64,000 bases of DNA from positions 208,394 through 272,393 of the IMG/VR virus record IMGVR_UViG_3300024308_000016, one strand, 5' to 3'. Position numbers and translations under genes: made by a program. Positions 39,450-49,248 of the stretch are shown here, piece after piece. The notes below the pieces were generated by a model. The model was not told the DNA's origin. It did no database searches and saw only the letters and a list, made by a program, of their open reading frames with translations. How positions within the stretch are numbered: position 1 is the stretch's first letter; the number at the start of each line of letters is the position of its first letter.

Positions 39450-39818
39450 ATGGCTATCTTAATTCCCTTAGTTTCGATGTTCAAACCCGATCCTACAGCT
39501 AAGGTGGTGTTTTACGCGATACGCCAAAACCTCAGCTCTGGGGTCTTGGATTGTTACCCGTACCCTACACCCCGATTTGATGTAGAGAGACTCCCAGTAG
39601 AGAAAGGTGCCAGATGGAGAGTTAATCTAGTTCTTGATCCCGACCTCGGGTTTACGGACAATATGACGTCTAGATCCGACGTCCTCAGCTATTTGCTGCG
39701 AGCGCCCAAGTACATCGATGATACAGATGCATCGACGGTCCGGTCTTCGGTGACCCGGCTGCTGATGCACTGGGCTGAGATGTTTCCTTGTGGCGTACCA
39801 GATCGCATCCTCGACTGA
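39450..39818 (+). CDS. Hypothetical protein (122 aa), atypical AT-richer codon use
   Basis: ORF following the membrane protein gene; many A/T-ending codons. Confidence 0.6.
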   Translation: MAILIPLVSMFKPDPTAKVVFYAIRQNLSSGVLDCYPYPTPRFDVERLPVEKGARWRVNLVLDPDLGFTDNMTSRSDVLSYLLRAPKYIDDTDASTVRSSVTRLLMHWAEMFPCGVPDRILD

Positions 39819-39908
39819 AAAAGTGGTGGAAAAAATCTGGCTCTATCCCATCGCTGTGGGAGGATGAGCGAGATCGCGAAAGGATCCCCCTTTCTAAATT
39901 GGTCAAAG

Positions 39909-39928
39909 CACATATACTCTACTTGAGG
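39909..39928 (+). promoter_or_regulatory. Conserved 20-bp motif, copy 3
   Basis: CACATATACTCTACTTGAGG. Confidence 0.7.
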
Positions 39929-40048
39929 AGTGCGCGTTGACTTCTTTAGTTTCGCGAACGAACCTCCCCTATTGGCATACTTGCGTTTTGCGATTCGCCT
40001 TTAGCTTTTAGCTTTTTCCCTTTTCAACAAAGACTTTCTGGAGAGATC

Positions 40049-40510
40049 ATGTCCGATACCAAAACCCTGAGCGCCACTGCTGCCAAGGTTTCCGAAATGC
40101 TGGTCAACGATGCCGCGGCCCGCGATACCGTTTTCGAAAAGACCCTGCCCGAACACCTGAACATGGGCATCGTCGAAGAAGTCGCTCAACACCATGTCGA
40201 CGTGGCCGCGGGCACCGTCAATGCCGTCACCATCCTGGGCATCAAGGCAGCCAAGGAAAGCGGCGACAACAAGACCCAGACCTCGCTGCGCGTCAAGACC
40301 GGCAAGGGCAGCCACATCGACGCCACCTACACCCCCAAGAAGGAAGGCACCCTGCCGGCACGCAACGGCGGCGAACCCACGCACTACACCAGCTGGGGCG
40401 CTGTGAGCGTGGGCGTCAAGACCTCCATGGACTCCAAGGGCGGCCAGATGGGCACCGCGCTGGACCTGGCCAAGTCGATGACCGAAGAAGCGCTGGGCGG
40501 CACCAAGTAA
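40049..40510 (+). CDS. Probably abundant small protein (153 aa), possible HU-like fold
   Basis: GGAGAG SD, extreme codon bias, own motif and terminator; fold guess from the sequence pattern only. Confidence 0.8.
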   Translation: MSDTKTLSATAAKVSEMLVNDAAARDTVFEKTLPEHLNMGIVEEVAQHHVDVAAGTVNAVTILGIKAAKESGDNKTQTSLRVKTGKGSHIDATYTPKKEGTLPARNGGEPTHYTSWGAVSVGVKTSMDSKGGQMGTALDLAKSMTEEALGGTK

Positions 40511-40567
40511 TCACTGGGCAGCCGGCATGACGGGCTAAGCCTGTCTTAGAACGTCAAAGATACCTCC

Positions 40568-40612
40568 CTCCCACCAGCCGCGAGGCTGGTGGGAGAGGGG
40601 CTCTTTATTTTT
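40568..40612 (+). terminator. Intrinsic terminator
   Basis: CTCCCACCAGCC-GCGA-GGCTGGTGGGAG followed by a T-rich tract. Confidence 0.8.
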
Positions 40613-40628
40613 TGCCTGCTTTTGCCGA

Positions 40629-41504
40629 TTACGCGCCGGTGAGCACGTTCTCGTCAGCAGTGCGGCGCATACCTGCGTACAGGCCGGTGTTGGCAGCAGC
40701 TGCCACGTCAGGTGCGATCTCGTTGAGCCACGCACGACGGTTGTAGGGATCAGCGCCCACACGGCTGGAGCTGTTCATGATCTCCTGGGCAAACGCATTG
40801 ATGCCGTTGCCCACAGCCGAGATGCCGGAGAAGGGGATCGACAGACGCGTCAGGGCCGAGGGTTCGGTCAGGTCGCGCAGGCCGATGATTTCACCGGTAC
40901 CCAGAGGGTAGAAGTTGGTGGTGAGCCACGCCTTCTCAATGCCGTTGTGCACGGGGTCTGCTTCGTAGGCCAGGATCGTTGCCGAGTACCAGTCAGCCAG
41001 CAGGTCCGAGGGGACGTTGGACGGCAGCGTGGTGAGCATGGCATACTTGACTTCCGGGTCCATGATGGCGTAGCGGATCCAGATGTCGATGAAGCGCTGG
41101 ATGGGGCGGCCGTACTTCTCGATGAAGTTGAGCACAGGCTCGGTACGGGCGCGCTTGGAGTCAACAGGCTCCTGCATCATTTCACCAGCGCCACCCACAG
41201 CGTGATCGTCGGTGGACACCGTCAGAGCGGCGTTGAAGCCTTCTGCGCGGATGACCTTGGTCTCCATCATGTTGCGGAACGATGCTTGCCAGCGAAGCGG
41301 GTCGGGCATCAGGTTGAAGAAGCGCGGCGACTCCAGCACCACCAGCTCCAGTGGCTTGCGGACATACGCTTGGTCAGACAGGTAGTTGCCCAGGTCAGGG
41401 GACCAACCAAAGAAACCGCCAACGTCCAGGGACACTGCGTTGGGGTTGCCACCCATCAGGCCATAAGCCGATTGTCCGATAATGGTATCTTCTCTACGTG
41501 CCAT
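40629..41504 (-). CDS. Tail tube protein (phiKZ gp30-like)
   Basis: 291 aa, directly downstream of the sheath gene; tube-like beta pattern. Confidence 0.75.
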   Translation of the reverse strand: MARREDTIIGQSAYGLMGGNPNAVSLDVGGFFGWSPDLGNYLSDQAYVRKPLELVVLESPRFFNLMPDPLRWQASFRNMMETKVIRAEGFNAALTVSTDDHAVGGAGEMMQEPVDSKRARTEPVLNFIEKYGRPIQRFIDIWIRYAIMDPEVKYAMLTTLPSNVPSDLLADWYSATILAYEADPVHNGIEKAWLTTNFYPLGTGEIIGLRDLTEPSALTRLSIPFSGISAVGNGINAFAQEIMNSSSRVGADPYNRRAWLNEIAPDVAAAANTGLYAGMRRTADENVLTGA

Positions 41505-41536
41505 TTCGGTTTAACTCCTAATCTTGTCAAATAAGC

Positions 41537-41561
41537 AGCGAGAAGCCCGAAGGCTCTCGCT
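41537..41561 (-). terminator. Hairpin between sheath and tube genes
   Basis: AGCGAGAAGCC-CGAA-GGCTCTCGCT (UUCG loop on the - strand). Confidence 0.5.
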
Positions 41562-41577
41562 ATTGCTTTGCTAGAGC

Positions 41578-43650
41578 TTACTGCTCGGCTTCCAGGCGCT
41601 TGCGGCGGTCCGCTTGCACGCTCAGGGTCTGCACGGTCTTCATGCCGTTGGCGCCGATCTTGATCGGCAGCGTCCAGCTGAAGCCTTGCTGCTCATCGAG
41701 CGCCGAGATGTTGGCCTCGGGGATGATGATGAAGCGGCCATCGAACTTGTCCTTGACAGCGTTGCGCACGTAGTCGTCGACGCGTTCGGTCAGCTGCAGA
41801 TCCGTGAGGTCGGAACGACCCACGAAGGTGCGGTGGCAGGCATGGCCGATCTTGTTGAGCGTGCAGCATGCGAACGTGGTGAGCACCGAGGTGAGCACCG
41901 ACGTGTCGTACGGGTACACGGTCTTGTAGGCCGGGATGTAGTACTGCTCGCGGTCGAAGCGGCCGATCCAGTTCAGACCCACGTCCCAGAAGCGCGTACG
42001 CAGGGACTCGTTGACGAACGTCTCGTTGATGTCGATCAGTTCGTTGACGATGGAGCCAGGATCACCTTCAGGGTTGAAGGAGCCGTTCCAGCGGCCGTTG
42101 CCAGCGCCCATGTAGCGCGCGAACTTCACAGCGACTTCGTACGTTGCAGGCACACGGTAGACCGTGTTGCGCACCACGCCCGAGCAGCCCATGATCATGC
42201 AGCGCACGGTCGGAGTGCCGTAGTAGTCCGATTCCGGGTAGTTCTGCACACGAGCGCGCAGAGCCACCGCCAGGGAGTGCTCTTCGCTCAGTGTCAGCTT
42301 GCGCTCGCCCCATTGGTGAGTGCCCAGCACCAGGAACGTGTCATGGCGCTGCGAGATGAAGCTGGTCAGCTCCATCTTGGTGTCCACGTCGAAGCCGGAG
42401 TCGTAGAAGATCGACTCGACGTGGTAGGCCACGTCCATCACGGCGTTGTCACGGTCACGGTAGCGACGGATCTCCTGCGCCACCATGGCGTTGTAGACCT
42501 CGTTGCTCATGGTGCCATCGGAGCCACCAGCGGCCAGCACGTCCGTGAACTGCGAGAACGTGATGGACTCGGGGCTGTTGACGAAGATGAAACTGTGGTA
42601 GGGGACGCCCGTGGTCGTCACACCAGTGATGATGTTGAACAGGCCGTAGTCGTCGGGTTCAGCGGAGAAGTCGCTGTGCTCGTCGATGAACGGAACTTCA
42701 GCATCGAAGAACTGCTGAGTGACCGTGTCCACGTTCTTTTGGTAGATGTGGAACTGGCCAAACGGCGGGTACTGGATGTTGTAGCGCGGATCGGTCGTGT
42801 TGCCATACAGGGGCACCACGCGGTCGCCGATGTACAGGTTCTGACGGGTGATCGGGTCGATCGAGTTGGGCTTGAGCGTGACCGTGATGGACTGCTCGCC
42901 GAACACCGTGGGCTTGTTGACCGGGCTGGTCAGGTCGCTTTCGCGCTCGATGATGGAGAACAGGTACGGGAACGCCTTGTTCTGGTTCATCATCTTGAAG
43001 GGCACCTGGTTGAGCTCGGCACGCGGAGACCACATGCGGATGCCCAGGTTGTTGCCGTACGCACCCTGGGAGTCCACGACAAAGTCGAAGATCGGGTAGC
43101 GCAGCGACTGCTTCATGGTCGCGGGATCGAACTGGTCGCCGGGTTGCATCGACTGGATGCCGAAGTTGGCCGCTGCCTGGTGCGTGGACGCCGAGGTGGC
43201 CACCCACTTGACCTTGTAGCCGGGGGTGGTGCCCACGACGATGGGGTCGCCCAGCGTGTTGGTCTTGATGGAGCCGTCGGGCAGACGCTCGTAGAGATCC
43301 ACACGGGTTTCCAGCACATCGAGCCACAGCGTGATGTTGGACTTGGGTCCAGCGTCGACCGGGATCAGACGCTTGTACATGGCTGCGTTGCCTTGGGCAT
43401 TGGTCGCGTTGGCGAACAGGGTGCCGTGGTTGAAGTAGGGCGAGCCATCGGTGAAGGTGGCCGTGCCGTACACATTGTCCCGCTCGACACCGATCAGCAG
43501 TTCTTCCTCCGGACGCCCCTTCTGGCAGAAGAGGTAGTACTTTGGCAGATGCTGTGGCAAAGGCCGGCTTGCCCGCGGTACTTGGACAATCGAACCGTCG
43601 TGGATGCCAAGGTCGATGGTGTTTGGCGCTGCATTAGCTGCGGTTACCAT
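41578..43650 (-). CDS. Contractile tail sheath protein (phiKZ gp29-like, 690 aa)
   Basis: Start moved to ATG 43650 after GAAAGGA; QHLPKYYLFCQKG, GAYGNNLGI, FYDSGF and C-terminal FSWTLPIKI segments resemble phiKZ-type sheaths. Confidence 0.88.
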   Translation of the reverse strand: MVTAANAAPNTIDLGIHDGSIVQVPRASRPLPQHLPKYYLFCQKGRPEEELLIGVERDNVYGTATFTDGSPYFNHGTLFANATNAQGNAAMYKRLIPVDAGPKSNITLWLDVLETRVDLYERLPDGSIKTNTLGDPIVVGTTPGYKVKWVATSASTHQAAANFGIQSMQPGDQFDPATMKQSLRYPIFDFVVDSQGAYGNNLGIRMWSPRAELNQVPFKMMNQNKAFPYLFSIIERESDLTSPVNKPTVFGEQSITVTLKPNSIDPITRQNLYIGDRVVPLYGNTTDPRYNIQYPPFGQFHIYQKNVDTVTQQFFDAEVPFIDEHSDFSAEPDDYGLFNIITGVTTTGVPYHSFIFVNSPESITFSQFTDVLAAGGSDGTMSNEVYNAMVAQEIRRYRDRDNAVMDVAYHVESIFYDSGFDVDTKMELTSFISQRHDTFLVLGTHQWGERKLTLSEEHSLAVALRARVQNYPESDYYGTPTVRCMIMGCSGVVRNTVYRVPATYEVAVKFARYMGAGNGRWNGSFNPEGDPGSIVNELIDINETFVNESLRTRFWDVGLNWIGRFDREQYYIPAYKTVYPYDTSVLTSVLTTFACCTLNKIGHACHRTFVGRSDLTDLQLTERVDDYVRNAVKDKFDGRFIIIPEANISALDEQQGFSWTLPIKIGANGMKTVQTLSVQADRRKRLEAEQ

Positions 43651-43689
43651 AGCCTGATTCCTTTCTAGAAAAATCCGTTGGAGAACGTA

Positions 43690-44724
43690 ATGACAATTTT
43701 TGTTGATCCCTACCACACCCCGATCGGTGCGGTCCATGACATGCGAAAGGAGGTCCGGTTGTTGGAAGAGTCAACCGTGCGCGATCCTCTGCAGGGGACA
43801 AACCTGGGAGTGCGTGCCGAGGACGGCATCACTCCGGTGTTTATCACAGGATGTCGTGACAGTGAAAAAATGATTCCACTATTCACCCATCCAATATCCG
43901 TTAAAAATTCGAACGGGAAATCATATCTTTTCACCGATATGAGGCTGTACATCCGTGCAGGCGCGGATCTGTACAACATCGGGCAGTTTGTCCGAAGGGC
44001 CGAAGAGTTCGAGTTCAACAGGAACCGCGGCATCGCGTCTTTGGCGTGGGCCGCTCGTGACACGGGTCGCTTCGAGATGGGCATGCGGTTTGCGGGGCTG
44101 GTGTTTGCCTCGGTGATCGGTCAAGCCCTGGGCCGCACAGAGACGCTGGACTATGTCGAGCAGATCAAGGTGCAGATCGTGGCGCTTGCATATTACAATA
44201 CGTTGTTCCACGAAGGCCCGGTCGACTACAAGGAAAACGAAGGCCTGCGCATGGCTGTGGCCCAGTACGCCTCGCAGAACATGCGCATGCCGACCACCGA
44301 GGTCACAAACCTTCTGAAGACATTCGAGCCCATGGGCACGTTTGCCGACATGTGCTCTCAGATCTCCAAGACCATCCAAAGCTCACTGCTCAAGGAACTG
44401 AACCCTCGTGTGATGCTCAACTTGCTGAGCACCATCTGGTTTTCCACCAACAGTCAGCAACTGCTGGCCGTGGCCATGGAGCATCCGCCAACTTGGTGCT
44501 CTATCTTGTACTACGTCATGTCGTACAACAACAACATGCGTTCGACCATCGGTCAGACCATCCAGGCCCAAGGCCGCGGTGGCAAGGGTGCGGACTTCGG
44601 GGCTGCCTACAAGAAGATGATCGATGAGTACCTCACACCTGTGGCTGGGTTGCGCTCCGTGATGGAGTACCTCAAGCCTGAGGCATATGCTGGCGATCTC
44701 ATGGAGCCCACAGCAACCGAGTAA
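43690..44724 (+). CDS. Virion structural protein (phiKZ gp28-like, 344 aa)
   Basis: ATG 43690 after GGAG; divergent from the sheath gene (recalled synteny). Confidence 0.7.
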   Translation: MTIFVDPYHTPIGAVHDMRKEVRLLEESTVRDPLQGTNLGVRAEDGITPVFITGCRDSEKMIPLFTHPISVKNSNGKSYLFTDMRLYIRAGADLYNIGQFVRRAEEFEFNRNRGIASLAWAARDTGRFEMGMRFAGLVFASVIGQALGRTETLDYVEQIKVQIVALAYYNTLFHEGPVDYKENEGLRMAVAQYASQNMRMPTTEVTNLLKTFEPMGTFADMCSQISKTIQSSLLKELNPRVMLNLLSTIWFSTNSQQLLAVAMEHPPTWCSILYYVMSYNNNMRSTIGQTIQAQGRGGKGADFGAAYKKMIDEYLTPVAGLRSVMEYLKPEAYAGDLMEPTATE

Positions 44725-44729
44725 TACCT

Positions 44730-44785
44730 CACACCACCGGGCACTCCCTAGCGGAGGCCCGGTGTGGTGTGCTTTTTCTTTTTTC
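44730..44785 (+). terminator. Intrinsic terminator
   Basis: CACACCACCGGGC...GCCCGGTGTGGTGTG followed by a T tract. Confidence 0.75.
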
Positions 44786-44802
44786 GTATTGGAACTAACC
44801 AG

Positions 44803-47412
44803 ATGGCCAAATATGAATACATGCTCCAGCGAGCAATGAGGGAGGTCTGGTGCAACCCGCTGATGGACAATCAGCATGTGTTCGCGCCAGCCCGTATCTC
44901 CCAGGGCTACGGAGCTTTGAACCGGTTCTTTGCACTGGATCGGTTCATCCCCACTCCCAAGCCCGACATCCACTATCACATCTTTCAGATCGGCCAGCTC
45001 ACGCCCGCTCAGCTGAACCTTCTGGAGCGCAATCCCTCCTGGACTGCGGAGAAGTGGTTCACGTTCACGGAGGCGATGAACAAGCTCAAGCTGTATGTGA
45101 ACATCTACAACGCCGAAGGGGTCAATATCCCCAGATTCACATCGTACTTCATGTTCACTCGGGAAAAGTGCCTGATGTTCGCGGTTGAACGCGACGCTCG
45201 CATCCGGATGAACTCCGATGAAGGACAGATCTACTTTCGGGTCTACACCAACGCTTACTTCTCCAGTCGCCTGGGTGTGAGCCGAGGAGCCACCATCGAG
45301 ACCAAGGGCTACACGCTCTCTAATATGCAGGACCTGCTCAATGCCCAGATGGACTACCGTCGGGCACTGGCCAAGCCCGGCTATGCGGAAGCGTTTGTCA
45401 ATGGCTTCTTGGTCAATGACATCAATCCCGGCACCGCCAGGACCGGAGACCGCGTAGAGTGGATCCAAGACGGCTCGGTCAAGCGCATCGTCACTTGGCG
45501 AGTCGGGGACCTGACGCCGTTTACCTCGACGATGGACAAGAAGTTCAAGCACCTGCTGCACTACGAAAGTCCAGACCCGCATCAGATCGACTATCAAGAC
45601 GATCTGGACGTGGCGCTGCACACGCCTAATATAGATACCCGCGGCTACAGGGGCAGGTACTATCCCAAGAACATGCCCTCAGCTATGCGCAACGTCACCC
45701 ACCGGGACTACTCGGTGATGGGGGCAACTGTGAAGTATGTGTGCGACGGCATCATTCGGGATATGGGCAAGGATGCACCTGGTAGCTATCAGGACATGAA
45801 GCTGATGCTCAAGATCCGGGAAGGCGGCTACCAACGGCCACTGATCAAGGACAATGCCCGCATCTTCGAGTTGTACAAGTTGAAGGACGCCGACATCCTG
45901 GCGGCCATGAGCGGCATCATCTCTGCTCCTCCGGTATGGCATGCGGCTGATCTGGAGGCCAATGACTATCCCAAGGTCATGCGCACGCTCCTGGAGAAGA
46001 TGACCATACTGGATGTGGAGGGATGCTACGGCTACAACTCTATGAGTCAGATCCTGGCCGACACTCCGCAAAAGACGTACAACATCGGCAACTTCAATGT
46101 GGTCAACCCTCCTGAACTGCTTCAGCGGGACTCCACGTTTTATGAGTTTGATGAGCAGGGAGCATTGCTGGGTTGGCATTACCACGTCAACGATGACGAC
46201 TACTCCACTCGCTCTCCGGTGGCCAAGATGGTCGAAGGGATCGTGGGCCGCGGCACTGAACGCACCAGTGTGACGTTCGGGCAGTCGGGCATCAAGGTGC
46301 CGGCTGATGCCCAGTACCGTGTCTACTACCGCCGGGTGCTGGTCGGCCAGCCCCAGGACAAGTGGACCGATGTGACGGGAGACGCCAGGTATCGCATCAT
46401 CAACAACACCCTGGAATGGACAGATCCCAACCGAAACTACGAGCTGATGGTACGCACCAATCAGACGTTCCTGGCGTATGACACCAAGATCAAGATGGTC
46501 CAGGGTATGCTCCGGTTTACGCTGTCGGAAACACTGAACAAGGGCTCGGGTTTTCAACCCTACGCCATGGAAGTGCCGATGGGGCAGCTGCAGATCTGGA
46601 TGAACTCCCGAAACCTGGTGCGTGGTGTGGACTACATCCTGGACTTCCCCAACGTCTACATCAACAGCTACCCATTCCTGAACCAGCCAGCAGCGACTGC
46701 CGAACAGCTCATCCATGTCCGGTTTACGGGATTTTGCACGCCAGCTATGCAGCTCGACGATGAGCAGCAGTTCGGCTTTGTGGAGCACGGTGCGCTGAGC
46801 AACAACCGCAGGTATGACCTTTGTGACGACAAGGTACTCCATATCTCGGTAGGCGGCAACACGATGGATCGTAGTGACCTGAAGTTCTTCGAGGACCGCC
46901 CAGGCTACGATATCCAAAATCCGTTGAACGGACGACCTTACCAGATCACGGCGATAGTTCCGCCTTTGCGGGACTACACCAAGACTGCGTGGCCAGAGCT
47001 GCGTAAAAAGAGCCTGGCCATCGACAAGGTGGTCTCCGACTACATGACCGAGTACATGCCGCCTCTGGGGCCGTGGAAGAATAGCTCTTCCATCAGCCGT
47101 TGGCCACTGTTTTCCCCGTTCTTCAGCCATATCCTGTACCGTCTGTCGACAGGTGGCTTTTTCCTCGTCACTGACGCGGAGTGGACGGACGAAGAAGTGA
47201 TCACCATGTGCAAGCCCTACGAGTCCCTGTTTGCGACCGACCCCTTGGAGGAGACGATCGCGCTGCCGGACAAGTTTGTGGTGATCCGGCCTCACCCCTA
47301 CAACAACACCGTGAACCTGACCAAAACTCAGTACCGGTTCTTGATGCAGGTGGTCAAGCTGTATGGTCGTGGCAAGATCGGCATCAACAACTTCGTGACT
47401 TTCACCGCCTAG
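44803..47412 (+). CDS. Large virion/baseplate structural protein (phiKZ gp27-like, 869 aa)
   Basis: Long, biased ORF in the tail module; start ATG 44803. Confidence 0.75.
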   Translation: MAKYEYMLQRAMREVWCNPLMDNQHVFAPARISQGYGALNRFFALDRFIPTPKPDIHYHIFQIGQLTPAQLNLLERNPSWTAEKWFTFTEAMNKLKLYVNIYNAEGVNIPRFTSYFMFTREKCLMFAVERDARIRMNSDEGQIYFRVYTNAYFSSRLGVSRGATIETKGYTLSNMQDLLNAQMDYRRALAKPGYAEAFVNGFLVNDINPGTARTGDRVEWIQDGSVKRIVTWRVGDLTPFTSTMDKKFKHLLHYESPDPHQIDYQDDLDVALHTPNIDTRGYRGRYYPKNMPSAMRNVTHRDYSVMGATVKYVCDGIIRDMGKDAPGSYQDMKLMLKIREGGYQRPLIKDNARIFELYKLKDADILAAMSGIISAPPVWHAADLEANDYPKVMRTLLEKMTILDVEGCYGYNSMSQILADTPQKTYNIGNFNVVNPPELLQRDSTFYEFDEQGALLGWHYHVNDDDYSTRSPVAKMVEGIVGRGTERTSVTFGQSGIKVPADAQYRVYYRRVLVGQPQDKWTDVTGDARYRIINNTLEWTDPNRNYELMVRTNQTFLAYDTKIKMVQGMLRFTLSETLNKGSGFQPYAMEVPMGQLQIWMNSRNLVRGVDYILDFPNVYINSYPFLNQPAATAEQLIHVRFTGFCTPAMQLDDEQQFGFVEHGALSNNRRYDLCDDKVLHISVGGNTMDRSDLKFFEDRPGYDIQNPLNGRPYQITAIVPPLRDYTKTAWPELRKKSLAIDKVVSDYMTEYMPPLGPWKNSSSISRWPLFSPFFSHILYRLSTGGFFLVTDAEWTDEEVITMCKPYESLFATDPLEETIALPDKFVVIRPHPYNNTVNLTKTQYRFLMQVVKLYGRGKIGINNFVTFTA

Positions 47413-47419
47413 GATAGAA

Positions 47420-49120
47420 ATGGACAATATCAACAACCCCAACTTGGAGTTTATCCCAGCTCCGGTCAAGGGCACCGATGGTGCCAATCCGCTGTACAAC
47501 GAAAACGGTCCCTGGAGGTGGTGGAGTATCGACGATATCTACACCGGCTTTGTGGGTGCCAAGAAGTTTGTACCCAAGGTCCTGGACTACGTGATCTCCC
47601 CGGAGAACTACATGGTCTGGATTGTGCGGGCCATTGACCCTGTCAAACTGATCCCCACGCTCGATGAGATCCGCCCCTACGGCATGTTCAACCCCATCGA
47701 GGAATCGGACGTGTTGTTTGGTGTGGGTCCAGGCACTCAGGCGCAACTGCTTCGGGTGTACCTCAACCGCTCCAGCTATCCGTATCGCCTCACGGTGGAT
47801 ACCCATTGCTTCGTGGGTGGTGACAACAACGCCTACGCTATCCTGTACAAGGGTGGCGTGCCGTCCATGGGCGGGCAGCCTGTGTCCCAGATGTACGATG
47901 CCTCCGGGCAGTTCATCACGGACCGCGTGCCGCTGGAAGCCATCAAGCTCGACAGCCACGAGGTGCAAAACCTCAAGGTGGTCAGCGAGTGCTTCACAAC
48001 GTTGGATCTGGCCGACGGTACTCCGATCACCGTGGTGTTTTACTCGCTCGATGGCGTGCCCCAGAGCAAGTCCATGCTGCTGCTGGAGAACACCACCTAC
48101 ATCCGGGGTGTGGACATCAAGCGACGCTTCATCACCAACATCACCATGAGCTCGCCATGGATCAGTCCAGCTGATCCCAACACGCTGCGCTTCCCGCTGA
48201 ACATCCCTGCCAATGCACTGGGACTGATGGGTACCGTACATTATTCGGACGGCGACTCCATGACGCTGCCCGTCGACGGCAACAAGTTCAGCATCCTGGG
48301 TCTGGACGGCTACCTGTCGACCATCATCGGTGAGGAGCAAGACTTGGTGCTGCGCTATGCGCTTGGCAAAGACGAAATCAACTACGCAGGCCAAGGCCAG
48401 TGGAGCCAAGACTTCGTCACCCAAGGCTACAAGTTCGTCACCGAGATGATGGAAGCCGGCTATACGGTCAAGTTGTTCCCGTATCCCTTCTGGGATCAGC
48501 AGCTGCAGGGCTACCGGCTGCGCTGGTGGCTGCTGGACCTGGAGCGCACAGCGTTCAAGGAAGTCACCAACTTGGTGGAGTGGTCGGCTCAATCCGGAGC
48601 CTGGGATCCCCAGAACTACGGCATGATCCAGCGCTTTCAGATCAACCTGAACCTGCGCAAGGTCTCCCAGGCGTACAAAGCCATGATCCACACCCAGCAG
48701 TGCGAGATCACTTTGTTCTCGCCCCCCTGGGAGCAACCCACTCCGTGGCTGGTGGCCAACCAACCCATGCCCAACATGCCGGCATATGGCCGTGAGGCCA
48801 AGGCCAAGATCGTGATGCTCAACAAGGTCAACCTGTCCGCTGGACGCGCCAACCTTGACGAGTGGATCGAGGACATCTACGGCACTACGTACCCGCTGAT
48901 CGATCGGCGTTCGGAAGTACGGGCCCCAAGGCCCAACAACTTCGCTCTGTCCATCGATGACGGCCAGACCTGGACCGAGTATCCGGTGCAGCGCTGGAAT
49001 GAGGACATCCTGTTCACGAGACCCCTGTCTCCGAACCGCAACATCCTCATCCGCTTCTTCCGACGCACCTCGCAGCAGGGCACTTTGACCCTGAGTATTG
49101 CGGCTATGACCCTGGAATAA
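47420..49120 (+). CDS. Virion/baseplate structural protein (phiKZ gp26-like, 566 aa)
   Basis: Beta-rich ORF co-oriented with the previous gene; AGGA SD. Confidence 0.75.
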   Translation: MDNINNPNLEFIPAPVKGTDGANPLYNENGPWRWWSIDDIYTGFVGAKKFVPKVLDYVISPENYMVWIVRAIDPVKLIPTLDEIRPYGMFNPIEESDVLFGVGPGTQAQLLRVYLNRSSYPYRLTVDTHCFVGGDNNAYAILYKGGVPSMGGQPVSQMYDASGQFITDRVPLEAIKLDSHEVQNLKVVSECFTTLDLADGTPITVVFYSLDGVPQSKSMLLLENTTYIRGVDIKRRFITNITMSSPWISPADPNTLRFPLNIPANALGLMGTVHYSDGDSMTLPVDGNKFSILGLDGYLSTIIGEEQDLVLRYALGKDEINYAGQGQWSQDFVTQGYKFVTEMMEAGYTVKLFPYPFWDQQLQGYRLRWWLLDLERTAFKEVTNLVEWSAQSGAWDPQNYGMIQRFQINLNLRKVSQAYKAMIHTQQCEITLFSPPWEQPTPWLVANQPMPNMPAYGREAKAKIVMLNKVNLSAGRANLDEWIEDIYGTTYPLIDRRSEVRAPRPNNFALSIDDGQTWTEYPVQRWNEDILFTRPLSPNRNILIRFFRRTSQQGTLTLSIAAMTLE

Positions 49121-49134
49121 TCCAGAAACCCTAC

Positions 49135-49174
49135 GTGTATACCAGCGCTCCCGCGAGGGAGCGCTGGTATACAC
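49135..49174 (+). terminator. 18-bp perfect inverted repeat
   Basis: GTGTATACCAGCGCTCCC-GCGA-GGGAGCGCTGGTATACAC. Confidence 0.7.
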
Positions 49175-49195
49175 CCCTTTGTAAGCTTTTTTATC

Positions 49196-49215
49196 CACTT
49201 AGACCTTACTTGAGG
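49196..49215 (+). promoter_or_regulatory. Conserved 20-bp motif, copy 4
   Basis: CACTTAGACCTTACTTGAGG. Confidence 0.7.
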
Positions 49216-49248
49216 AATAGCCCTCTATTTTTCTATTTGGAGGATGAA

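Noticed and set aside
41614-49198. Long antisense ORFs opposite the sheath and baseplate genes (684, 606, 598 aa)
   Set aside because: Same shadow effect; they mirror well-supported genes.
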